Assembly: GCA_964016885.1 (NCBI GenBank)
Contig: OZ024746.1
Coordinates: forward strand, 74,710,001-74,774,000
Source: Eledone cirrhosa
Taxonomy: Eukaryota
Direction: 5' to 3'
DNA: 64,000 bases
Below, piece after piece: positions 52,306 to 64,000 of this stretch (its first letter is position 1; each line of letters begins with the position of its first letter). A program made the position numbers and the translations under genes. The notes under the pieces were generated by a model, which was not told the DNA's origin, did not search any database, and worked only from the letters and a program-made list of their open reading frames with translations.

Positions 52306-54640
52306 ATTATTTACGGATAACAACATATACTACGATTACAACTGGAGCTTGTCTGTTCACATGGCGCTTTTTGTCACCTCCTCACTAGATGAAATCGGAG
52401 AATAAAGAAACCCTTAAACTGGAGGCCTTGACCGACAGCTTGCAGCATGATGAACTCTGCTAAATATATCCAAGGTTTCAAGGAGGTGTTAAACCAAGTG
52501 ACTGTTTATACCTACCAAAATAAACTGCTGCGAAATTTGAACCCAGAACGCAAAGATGGGATAAATAACGCAAGATATGCTGTTCGACGTTCGACATTCT
52601 AACGATTGTGTCAGCACACCGACGTTGACTGCTACTATATTTATTGAATCCGAAAGAATAAAATGCGAAGTTAACCTCAGCGGGATGTAAACTCAGAATG
52701 GAAGGCGCCGGAATAAATACGGTAATTTATTTTGTCCGATGTTCTAACAAATCTTCTAACTGCCGCCATACTTTATAAAATACACCCATTCAAACCAATG
52801 AGCTAACCTCCGCATAGTTGTTTGAGTCACCAGAGATATCAGTTAAATAATCTCCTTCAAATCACATACTGCAGTCTTAATAATAATAAAACAGAGATGG
52901 ACACATTGGTTAGTGAAATCTGAGATATAATAGCTCGGAATGAAGGGTAGGATGGTCATGGCTGGAATCTGTTCGATATTATGTTTACTGGAGTAAGACT
53001 GATCTGAGTATTGTCTAAGCAACACAAATAATTACAAATATAGCCAGTAGTCGTGTATTGATTATATCATATATTACGATTAATAAAAGGTTTTATGGAA
53101 CATTAGCTCTGCAGATCTTCTAGACTTACTGTTGAAAACCTTCCTACGTAAATACAAGGGTTATAGTCACAGCGGGACTACATATATGTATATTAAATAT
53201 GTTTGAAACTCTGATTATGAAATATATATATACTTGTAGAAAGCCATCCAGAGGATAGGCTTACCGCACATATATGCATGTGTCTGTGCTGTGTGTGTGT
53301 GTCTGTGTGTATGTGTGTGTGTGTGTGTATGTGTGTATGTATGTGTGTATGTGTGTGTGTGTGTGTTGTGTGTGTGTTGTGTGTGTGTGTGCGTGCATTT
53401 AGATAAGTTTAATTAAGATATAATTAGAGTTTCTTTAATTAGAAACGTCGCTGTGAAAACAATGAAGTGAATACACACTTTCTAAAAGTTTCCGGTTATA
53501 CCGAAAAAGGCAAGAAATATGAAGGTACATACGGTATGTTTATGTACAATAAACATACAAGGGGTTATACCTGTTTTAAGCTATGATAATAACACAGGTA
53601 TCTCAGTAGCCGGTAAGAATTCCAGACAGCTGTTTCTGGATTGTTATTAGTCCTTGGTAACATTTACTCACTGAATAGTAGGACATGATTTATGTAAACA
53701 CTTATGATCTTTGTTGCGTATGAAACCTCGGTTTGAGATACTCGATTACATATAGAATTGATTAACAAGGCTAGAATTAATTAACAAGAGCTCTAACTTA
53801 GCGTAGTTCATGATAGAGTTCTACATAAATTCATATATTTATTGTTATGTACTATTAATTCTAGCCACTCAAGTTATATGCAAAAAAGGCATATAAGCAT
53901 ATTCTTGACTATTGTTAGCAGTTAATATTATTTTTTGGTACTCTTACCGATATTGATGTATTTGATATAGCTGTTGCTTCTGTTGTTGTTGTCAATGTTG
54001 TTGCTGTTGTTGTTGTGCTGTTGTGAATACTGTTCTATTTTTATTGCTGCTATAAATAGAACTGTCATTCTTCTTCTTCTTCTTCTTCTTCTTCTTCTTC
54101 TTCTTCTTCTTCTTCTTCTTCTTCTTCTTCTTCTACACTACCATCATCATCGTAACTGTCATCATCATCATTATAATTTAACGTGTAATGCTTAGATTAC
54201 ATATTCAGAAATTTCTGTCTCACTCTTTCATTTTGTTTTCTTTGCCTTTTTATTTACCTTTTATTTACCGTTTTCTTTACCTGTTTATTCTTTTTTCCTT
54301 CATTTCATCATGTCTTTTTTTTTTCTTACTTTTCCTTCTTTATATTCTCCACCATCAACAACATAACTACCTCAACACCGTTCATCACAGACATTCAACA
54401 ACTGCTTCATACAAAGTAAGCTATTTATAGTGACTGTTGGCTACTGTGTATTATTTATCAGATGAAAGTGTAAAATATTGGTCTTTTTACCTTCTACGGA
54501 TTGAAATAGTGGCTTTGCTTAATAATATATATTCTATATCTTCTTCATATGGTTATATACGTACATACATCATACACACATACATACATACATACATACA
54601 TACATACATACATACATACATACATACATACATACATACA

Positions 54641-54672
<32 letters not shown>

Positions 54673-55383
54673 CGGGTTTATATATATATATATATATAAC
54701 TCTATGTCAAAAATTAAAAAAAAAAAGGAATAACAAACTCACAGTTCTAAAAATATAGATTTAAATAAATAAGCCACAAATTTATTTTACAATTTCGGCG
54801 GGTTTTTTGTTTGTTTTTGTGGGGTTTTTGTGGGGTTTTTTTAAAGTTTTTTTTGGGGTTTTTTTTTCTTCCTAATTTATTTACCATCTGCAAATTCATC
54901 TTAATTTTGCGTATGTATTTTTACATTTTTTAATTTAATTTTATTTTATTTTGTCAGTGTTCGACACCTTTACATATTTTCACTGTTAGTAGTAATATTT
55001 TCTACAATGTTGACTGCTGATAGATAAACTTTGGTCATGACAAAAGTTCTTCACTAATGTGCAGACCTGGGCAACTTTAATTGAAGACCAACATTTATTG
55101 AAGACCAGCAGTCACACAGGCATGAAATCTCCCTCGATCCTCTCTATTCTACAAATATTGCTCGACCGAAATGCATAGACCGAAACAAATTAGATGGCAC
55201 TAGTGCCGTCGCAATTCATTGTTTCCTGCTGAGTGGACTACAGCAGCGAGAAATAAAGAATCTTGCTCAAGGATAAAATGTACTGCCCGATCCGACAATC
55301 GAAATAGCGACTTTACGATTATGAGCCCAACGCTATAACTTCTAAGTCACACACACCGATTTTTCTTCTTCTTCATCCTCCTT

Positions 55384-55427
<44 letters not shown>

Positions 55428-55850
55428 GTTGTTGTTGTTGTTATTATTCGTTTAGTTTATGCTATTCTATATGTTAAAATTGGTTATTTTGTTTTCATAA
55501 TGTTTCACATACAGTTGTCGTAGATACAAATGTGGTTACAGTACTGATTCATCAGGTAACAAACTGGCAGAGTCGTTCGACGTCGGATAGAATGCTTTTA
55601 GGGTGTTCGTTTTGGCTCTCTGCTCTGAATTCAAATCTGGCCGAGGTCAATTTGGATTTTTATCCAGACAAGGTCTACAAAAAAGACACAACAGAATTCA
55701 TATAGTGAGCCAAATGAAAGTTGTAGATTAATATTACAACTATAACAAAGAGAAACTGCGTTCTGAGTTCAAATTCAGCTATGGTCAATTTTGGTTTTCA
55801 TCCTTTCGATTTTTCCTCTATATCTCTTGCTCAATCCCATTCTCTCTCTC

Positions 55851-55995
<145 letters not shown>

Positions 55996-55996
55996 G

Positions 55997-56032
<36 letters not shown>

Positions 56033-56066
56033 TGTATATATATGTATGTATGTATGTATATATATG

Positions 56067-56112
<46 letters not shown>

Positions 56113-56144
56113 TATGTATGTATATGTATATATATATATGTATG

Positions 56145-56194
<50 letters not shown>

Positions 56195-56473
56195 CATGTA
56201 TCTCGGGGATTTATATTGTTTTATTATGTGTGTGTGTTTTGTTATTGAAATCGTATACATTTTTAAATTGCATATATTGTATAAATTGTTACTGTCCAAT
56301 ATAGCTAATTAATATAAATTAATTTTAATTTCTTCATACATGCAGTAATAGCTAAGTATCCAATAGCGTTCAATGTATGAATGTATATATATGTATGTAT
56401 GCGTATGTATGAGTGTGTACGTCTGTATGAATGCGTGTATGAATGCGTATGAATGTATATATAGTTATACATC

Positions 56474-57312
56474 CGAGGTGTGTCAGAAAAGTTCCAGAAC
56501 TGATGTCACAAAATATTTATTTCAAACCCAAACTTCACAAAATGAGTTTTCTCCTTCAAAGGAATCACCCTGGAGTCTAATTTACTTTTCCATCCTTTTC
56601 TGCCACGCTTGCATGCACTCCTGGAAGCATTCTACCGGGATCCTCCGCAGTTCCGTCGTCACGGCCTTTTTGATGTCGTCCACATCTTCAAAACGGGTCC
56701 CCTCCGGGTCGTACTCGAAGATCCATTACTCATCACCGGTGATGACTGTCCCTAGCAAGTCTGGTTCGGTTTCAAGACGCTCGAGGATGTCCTGGAACAC
56801 TTGCATGCGTCGACCCTTCCGCATGTCCAAATCTTCAGTTCGAATCTTCCAGACGCTGTCATGATTCATGCCCAGCCCATTTGCCATCAGTCGAACAGTC
56901 AGCCGACGATCGCTACGCACTATCTGCCTGATGCGCTCAACGTTGACCTCAGTCCTGGTTCTTGAGGGCCTTCCGCTCTTGGGGTCATCTTGCACCACTC
57001 AAAAACACGTGAGCGTGACATCACTCATCTCCATACACTTGCTGCAGCAATCCCAGTGCTTCTGACGGAGTTATCTCCAACCGTACCAGAAACTTCAAGT
57101 TTGTTTGTTTCTCTGTGCTCATTGCTTGACGACCTGAAACAGAGGACATGTATATAAAATTATGAAGAAAATATTTTGATCGCTGCAGAGAACTAATATT
57201 ACAGTTACATACTCCAGGGGATTACTTTGAAGGAGAAAACTCTTATTGTGAAGTTTGGGTTTGAAATAAATCTTTTGTGACATCAGTCCTGGAACTTTTC
57301 TGACACACCTCG
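56474..57312 (-). mobile_element. Internally deleted mariner (Tc1/mariner) element with ~100-bp TIRs
   Basis: TIRs at 56474-56576 and 57211-57312 (CGAGGTGTGTCAGAAAAGTTCCAG...), with TA at the right flank. Transposase remnants: DDPKSGRP..VRSDRRLTVR.., ITGDE*WIFEYDPE and GTRFEDVDDIKKAVT..W.KRMEK..LQGD.FEG. Confidence 0.9.
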
Positions 57313-57707
57313 TATGCCTATACCGCGTGATGATTTATCCATCCATAGAATAATTCACTTTGTAGTGGTCAAGTCAAGAAATAGCCCACAAAATAAGGGA
57401 TTCTCTTGAAGAATCGTCAGCCTCACAACGCTGATGACCTTCTATGGCGCACCATTCCTGCAAACCAGTCGATGAAATTGTAGTCGAGACTTTGAAGAAA
57501 AGATAGGTAATTCTTTGTCTATTCTTTCGTTGCATTCATAATTTGATGAATAGTTCTGATTAAATGATTATTTTAATTTGTTCGGTCATTGAGCAAAACT
57601 GGTCAACGCGGCAGACATATACTTATGTATCTGCGTGTGTATCTTATAACTATATACATACATATAAATATATATATATATATGTATATATACATGCATG
57701 CATTCAT

Positions 57708-58272
57708 ACATACATGGTGGCTGCCAACTCGTTTTCGAGTACGGCCACTACTTTATATCCATGTAGGAGAACCCCTACCGATGCGCTGAACGAGTGTGAC
57801 TTTTTAGTTCAGCCAGCGACTTGAAAACTCTGGTACAAACACTACACTTGTGACAATTATTGACACATAGTGCTGGGTCCATGGTACCATGTGACAAACA
57901 AGTGCAGAGAGATCTCCAGATATAAAGCAATGCCTGTGCCGTGAAGCTTTTATAGTGAGCAAATGCACTGCACAAAGCCAGTCCCACTCTCTTAACCAAG
58001 ATGATATTTACCAAAAAGAAGAACAAGTCAACATCATTGGATACCATCAGGGTTGCAGGTATTATATCAGAGTTTTCCTTCTCCTAGAATTCTGCCTTGA
58101 CAAAGGCTAAGGGGTCATCTCTCCCGGTGATTTTGGATGGCCATTGACTCTTAAGAGCTCCTTTGCCCTTTGACAGGTTTTGTTTTTAGTCCTGCAGGAT
58201 GTCCAAAGTCACCCTCCTCACCAAGAAACCTTGTTGGGGTTGCCAATTTAGTCGCCAACGACCCGACCATGT
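57708..58272 (-). mobile_element. Internally deleted (bipartite) RTE-like element: 5'UTR-like part plus 3' end encoding a C2H2 finger, with (ATGT)n tail
   Basis: CSVCTRVFKSLAELKSHTRSAH* resembles the terminal C2H2 finger of RTE/BovB-type ORFs. CTAGGAGAAGGAAAACTCTGA near 58068-58088 resembles RTE 5'UTRs. (TACA)n flanks both sides. Confidence 0.55.
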
Positions 58273-58301
58273 ATGTATACATACATACATACATACATAC
58301 A

Positions 58302-58335
<34 letters not shown>

Positions 58336-58584
58336 CATACATACATACATATGTGTGGGAGATTGTGTGAGCGTGTAAGTATGTGTGTGTGTATGTCTGT
58401 ATGCATCTATATATGTATGTATATATGCATGTATATATGTATGTATGAGTGTATGTATGTATGTATTATTTACACGTGTGTTTATGAGAGATTAAATATG
58501 AATATCTTATGCCTGTATCCGTCAGTGCATTTGCATAATTGTCTCTATCGCTCCAACTTTTGTCCCCACCCCCACCCCACACCC

Positions 58585-58651
<67 letters not shown>

Positions 58652-58865
58652 TCTCTCTAACTCCCTAACGTCCCCCAACCGACACACACACACACTCTCA
58701 CTCTCTTCCTCTATCTATCTATCTATCTATCTAAAACTACAAAATCACTGCCATTTTTCTTCCACTTATAAAATCATTTTTTAAACTCTAACCACGACTA
58801 TTGTTCTCATTTGGTTAATTTTTCGATCATTTAAATACTACAAGATTTTAAACACACACACATTA

Positions 58866-58949
<84 letters not shown>

Positions 58950-60819
58950 TTGCGTTTGTGTATATATATATGTATATGTATTTGTTTGTGTGTGTATGCG
59001 TATAAATATGTATGCATGTATTTATCTATGCGTGTATGTCAGATTATAACCATATATAATTTTTTATGTGTGTATTTTTATACGTGTACACATTTGTGTG
59101 TCTGCGTCTTGAGCTGAAAGTGTCTACATCAATGTGGTAGTTTGGTAACATTCCAACATGTCAGAAGTATTTATTGCATCATCAGGAATATACATCTATT
59201 GATGTTGGCTCTGATGTCCTTTGGAAAAATAATCAATGATTAGTATGTGATGTGGGTGTTGAGGGGTGAAACCTTAAAGCTTTATTGTATATCTGCTGTA
59301 GTATGGTCAATGCAAACATTAAATACAATTATAGAAGATAGTGCTATACATAGCTTAGTGGTTTTTGTTGTTGTTTAGTCCCTGCTCCATCGGTATTGAT
59401 AGAGCAGGTCTATGATCAAAGGCATTCCAGTCATGACCTTTCCATCTTTTTTTTTATCACATCACTCAGTCGGGAAGACAACCAGCGCGCATAAGCCTGT
59501 ATTTATTTCCAGAACTGTGAGGTTGCTGAGAGTAAAAAGAGAGAAGCTTCCTCAAACTGGTGATCTAGCCCAAATTTATGCAACGCTGCGCGGTCTGCTA
59601 ATGGTACACAAGAAACAGGTGGTGGTGGTGGTGGTGGTGGTGGTTTTAAAATGGATACGGATTAAACATGTCACCCAAATTTAGATGTACAATCTAGGAC
59701 TGCATTGTGCAAAATATCTTTCCTTTTTTTTAAAGTATTTTTCGAAGGATATTTAGCTGTTATTTCTAGCATACAGTATGACTGCAATCTGACGTCCTGT
59801 ATAACTCGTGTTAATGAATTAAAGTCTGCCTGTGAAAGCCTAAGAATCAAGGGTTTAAGTCACCTTACTGCCATTGAGTGTTTGTTAAGATTATTCAACA
59901 TGTACATATTATGGACACAGCATGTTTGAATTGTTATGAAGTTTGCCTTGCAATCATTAGGTCCGAAGTTCGATCCTATTGTGACGCATCTTCAGCAAAT
60001 GTCATTTACCATTGCCTCGGGTCGGCTGTTGCCTTGTAAGTGAAATTTAATAGGCGGAAACTGGATGTGTGTCAGATAGATTGTACCTATAATTCAAAGC
60101 CTTGCTAAATCTCCCTGAAAATCACAGTAAGCATACACGTCTCTGTGGAATGTCCATCCACTTACAACTTAATTTCATGAGTAGCGATCGTCGGCTGACT
60201 GTTGATCGAAAAACTGGAACATTCCTCGTGAAACCGGTGGAAGTCCATTCCATTCCAACCTCTATATGCATTATTCAATACAGAATCTCTTTACTAACCT
60301 AATGACTAGAGGTTTTCATTCTATGACTGACACTGGGTTGCGCTAACATCAAGTTGTTATCGAGTAATTAGCACATATTGGTACTGTAAACAGCTCGCCT
60401 CTTCAACTCAAGAAAATGAGCAAGACGTGAGAAACAGATATCAAGAAAGAATCTACCCCAGTACTGGACTGGTATTTTATTTATCCATCTGAAAACAATG
60501 GAAGGTAAATTTGACCTCGGCATGTTTTGTAACACAGTTCACAGAGAGTAGATGGAAAGAATACCGCAAAGTATATTATATGGCGTTTTACAACACTGTC
60601 AATTCGCTGCCTTGTGTTATCTATGTAATCATATTTAAACAAGTAGAGATTGAGAAATCTAATGCAAGTCTGAGTTGGAAAAGTTATACAGGGCAGATCA
60701 TGAATTCGGATGCAATGGGAATAAGTTGAATTTAACGTCTCAGGACTGACCCCTTCGTCGTAAAGAAATATTTCTTTTTTCCATAAAGCATACAAAGCTA
60801 TCCATTGTGAACTTCATTG

Positions 60820-62700
60820 AATCAGGATCTTGGTAAATTGCATAGCTAATTTTATAGTAGCGTGGATCATCATCTTAATATAATTGTTCTCTTAATAGGT
60901 ATATATTCATTTACGAGGTTGCTTTCTAGGTTTCAGCTATCTCGTTTGTACTCTTGCTATGTATGTAGCTGAGATCCCATATATATAGTTGTTTTTTACA
61001 GGATGGATCTCCTTTGTGTACTTGCTCTCTTAGCAGAATTGAATGCATTCGCATAGCTGCTTCCCATGTATCAGAGCTCTTAATTCCATTGCTGTTATCT
61101 TAGTAGTAGAGATCTCAATTGTAATCCTATTATCTTAGTAGAAAGGAACGAAATATCAGATTTCCATATTTAATATCAGGGAATTTATTTGCCTAGAAGC
61201 TGCATACTTGCAAGGATGTCATTGATATCGTTAGATGCAATTTATATTGCTCCTCACTTAATACCATGGAACTAAATTTATATATTTACTCTATTGGAAG
61301 AAGAGATCTTAGATAGATCGCATTAATGAAGTAGGGAACTTATTCTCTCCGTTGCTTTGTTAGTATCAAAGGTCAGAAGTCGAATTTAGAATAATTACGT
61401 TCTGTTAGTTACAGAAATTTACATATTTACTCTCTTATTAGCATGAATCTTATTTACACATTTCACCTTAACAACACGGCTCTTATTAACATAGTTGCTC
61501 TACTAGTATCAGGTCTAGTAAATAATTGAAGACTTAGTAATGCGGATCTCATCTGCATACTTACTCTCTAAGTATTAGGGCTCCAATTGTTATTCTCTTA
61601 TTAGCAGGGATACCATTTCCAAATCTTGACATTTACTAACATGAATCACATTACCATATTTGTTTCCTTTGTAGACGGAACCCTATTTGTCTAATTGCTA
61701 TCTGAATAACAGGGAGTTCAGGTGAATAGATATTCTCTTGACAGTAGGCGTTCTCGTCTGTATGGTAGCGCTGTTAGTCTCAGGTAGTTCATGTGAATAG
61801 ATATTCTCTAAAGGGTAGGGTGCCCGTCTGAATTGTGGGCCTTTTAGTACATAGATATTCTGTTGTCGATACAGTAATACCTTGGTATTACAGGGAGCTA
61901 TTGTATATAGTCATTCTCTCGTTTATATAGTGACCGTGTTGATACCAGAGGGTTCATGTAAATAGATATTCTCTTCTCGTCTGTAAAGGGTCCCTGTTAA
62001 TACCAGAGGGTTATGTACATAGTTATTATTTTTTTTTCGTTATAAGCATCTTATCAGCATAGTGGCCCCTGTAAGGACAAGGGAGCTGTTGTATATAGTA
62101 GATTTCTCGTCTCTATAGTGGGCGAGTTAGTAGAAGCGGGTTCTTGTACAAAGTAGTGTAGTAGCTGCCTATAGAGTGTCCGAGGTGATCATTGTGAGTT
62201 TGGAGCGACAAAAAAATACAAAGGAAATAAGTAGTCATAGCAGTAAATTGCATACTTTATCACGTATAGTGATATCTCATTTCGATAGTCTCTTCATATC
62301 AGGAACATCATTTCGAATAGTTACTTTCTTAGAAGAGAGGACTTCATCTGCAAAGTTTTCTACCTAGAAGTAGAAATCTAATATATGTAGCAGTGATCCC
62401 ATTTACATATGTTCTCTATTAGCAATAGGGATATCTCTTACATACTTGCTATCTTAATAGACGAGATCTCATTTGCATACTATCTGAATAGCAGAAATAT
62501 TTACATCGATTTAGTTTTAGGCGCATATACCATCAGATTTGCATAGCTGCTTCACAGTGTCAGCAATGCGATTGCAGAGTTGCATTTGTAGCGTTATGAA
62601 TCCCATTTGGCGATTAAATCTCCTAGTAGAAGTGATTTTATCTGTACAGTTATTATCTGATTTTACAGGGATGTCATTTTATTAGTGTTCCTCTTGTATT
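60820..62700. repeat. Highly degenerate ~35-bp minisatellite
   Basis: A GATCTCATTTGCATA.TT.CTCTCTTAGTAGCAG-like unit recurs (GATCTC at ~61007, 61111, 61546 and 62465). A ~70-bp dimer-like variant, GGGTTCATGT.AATAGATATTCTC, lies at ~61710-62150. Confidence 0.55.
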
Positions 62701-63476
62701 CTGTCTTTGTCGCTGATGTCAGTGAACAGTAGTTATCAGTGAGAAATTTGGCCACCTAGAAATTAAATAATGAGATATGAACTCAGCAATTACAAAAACC
62801 ATGTATATGATATATTCTAATTATTGCACGGGGTCAGCAATTTGTTGGGTAGAAAACGTCGACTATATTGACCCAGTATATGATAGGTATTTTATTTTAT
62901 TGACCCTGGAAGGATTATAGGTAAAATTGAAAAATAGACCAGTAACTAAATGACACAAACATTTTATCCGACCCTCTAACAATCCTGCTTATTGTCTTCT
63001 TTTCTACATAATACATCTTGGACTACGGTATCCAACTATGAGAACTACCTATTTCAAAATGGTAGGGGTGTGTGATTTGAGAGAATATTTTTAGTATGTT
63101 TAGTATGTCAAGGGGGGGGGGGGTCGTTTGTTTGTAGAAACCACTCAGTTTACTTGTTCAAATCTTATTTTAAGCTGATACAGTAAAACAGTATCGATTA
63201 CGACTTTTGTAAGTATATCTATGTCACATTTAACAGTTTGTCATCTCTAAATAAGGAGCCAATTAGGGAGATTCTCTGTAGTCCCTCAATCAGTTAGAGG
63301 TAGCAGCTAAATATCCCTACGTTTTTTTTACGCCTGGACCTGACCCACATCGAGAAACTGGATTGTAACGATCTGGGTATACACAATAAAAGCATCGTAA
63401 AACAATTACAACTGGAAATGAATATGATATTTTTTTATTTCCATGCCTCTTTATTGAACTAATAACAATACTGAAA

Positions 63477-63525
<49 letters not shown>

Positions 63526-64000
63526 TTAAGGCGATGAAATACCAATGAAGGCTGGAAGATCACTGATGAAGGACTAATTTTATTCATATGTAACCCATTG
63601 CAACCACGGAGCACGCCAATTTTTCATATATTTATATATTTTCCCCCGCTGTGACCCGTCTGTTTCTTTCTTACTGCTTCCCCTTTCTCTGTATCTCTCA
63701 CTTTCTTTTTACCCCCTCTGCCAGTCACTCTCTCTGTTAGCCTCTTCCTCACACTTTCACTCACTCACTCTCTGCTACTCCCTCTCCATCACTTTCTCCC
63801 GTTTGACCTATGCGAAATTCTTTCCTCGCTCACATTTCGACCAGCTCGGATGGTCTTTATTCTCTCGTCTACGATTTCACAGAACTTATGCTCATCGATT
63901 TCAGGGACTTGACTCCTTCTTCCTCACTTTTCGTTGCATTACCATCTTTGTTTGTTTACTGTCTCGCTCGTTCCCCATATTTACGCGTCCCAACGACTTT

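Noticed and set aside
57775-57850. C2H2 zinc finger as a host ZNF exon
   Set aside because: It is a single finger with no TGEKP linker, followed by a stop and an (ATGT)n tail; this fits a LINE terminus better.
63567-63620. CTGATGAAGG near a (TA)n tract
   Set aside because: No GAAA or helix I partner found; at most a truncated relic.

Overview
AT-rich, microsatellite-dense eukaryotic non-coding DNA. The SINE/LINE repertoire and (TA)n/(CA)n/(TACA)n density suggest a cephalopod (Octopus-like) genome; this is inferred. No host protein-coding exon is supported, and nearly all ORF-track entries are microsatellite artefacts. The main element is a young, 5'-truncated Penelope-like retroelement (PLE; RT C-terminal half plus GIY-YIG endonuclease, minus strand 25327-26739). 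Its 3' 1430 bp are duplicated in inverted orientation (24212-25641 / 26741-28170), and each arm carries a type I hammerhead ribozyme (HHR) with an enlarged, branched helix II. By eye, at least five sequence-unrelated HHR families sit in short elements bounded by (TA)n tracts, often as tail-out inverted duplications. All five have an unpaired first position of helix II, and one has a fixed CAGAAGA core. Also present: more than 15 copies of a tRNA-derived SINE, one SINE-LINE-SINE chimera inside a single target-site duplication (TSD), RTE/CR1 LINE relics, an internally deleted mariner with ~100 bp TIRs, a Helitron-like element, a 616-bp partial tandem element, a 5S-rRNA-like relic and a degenerate ~35-bp minisatellite.
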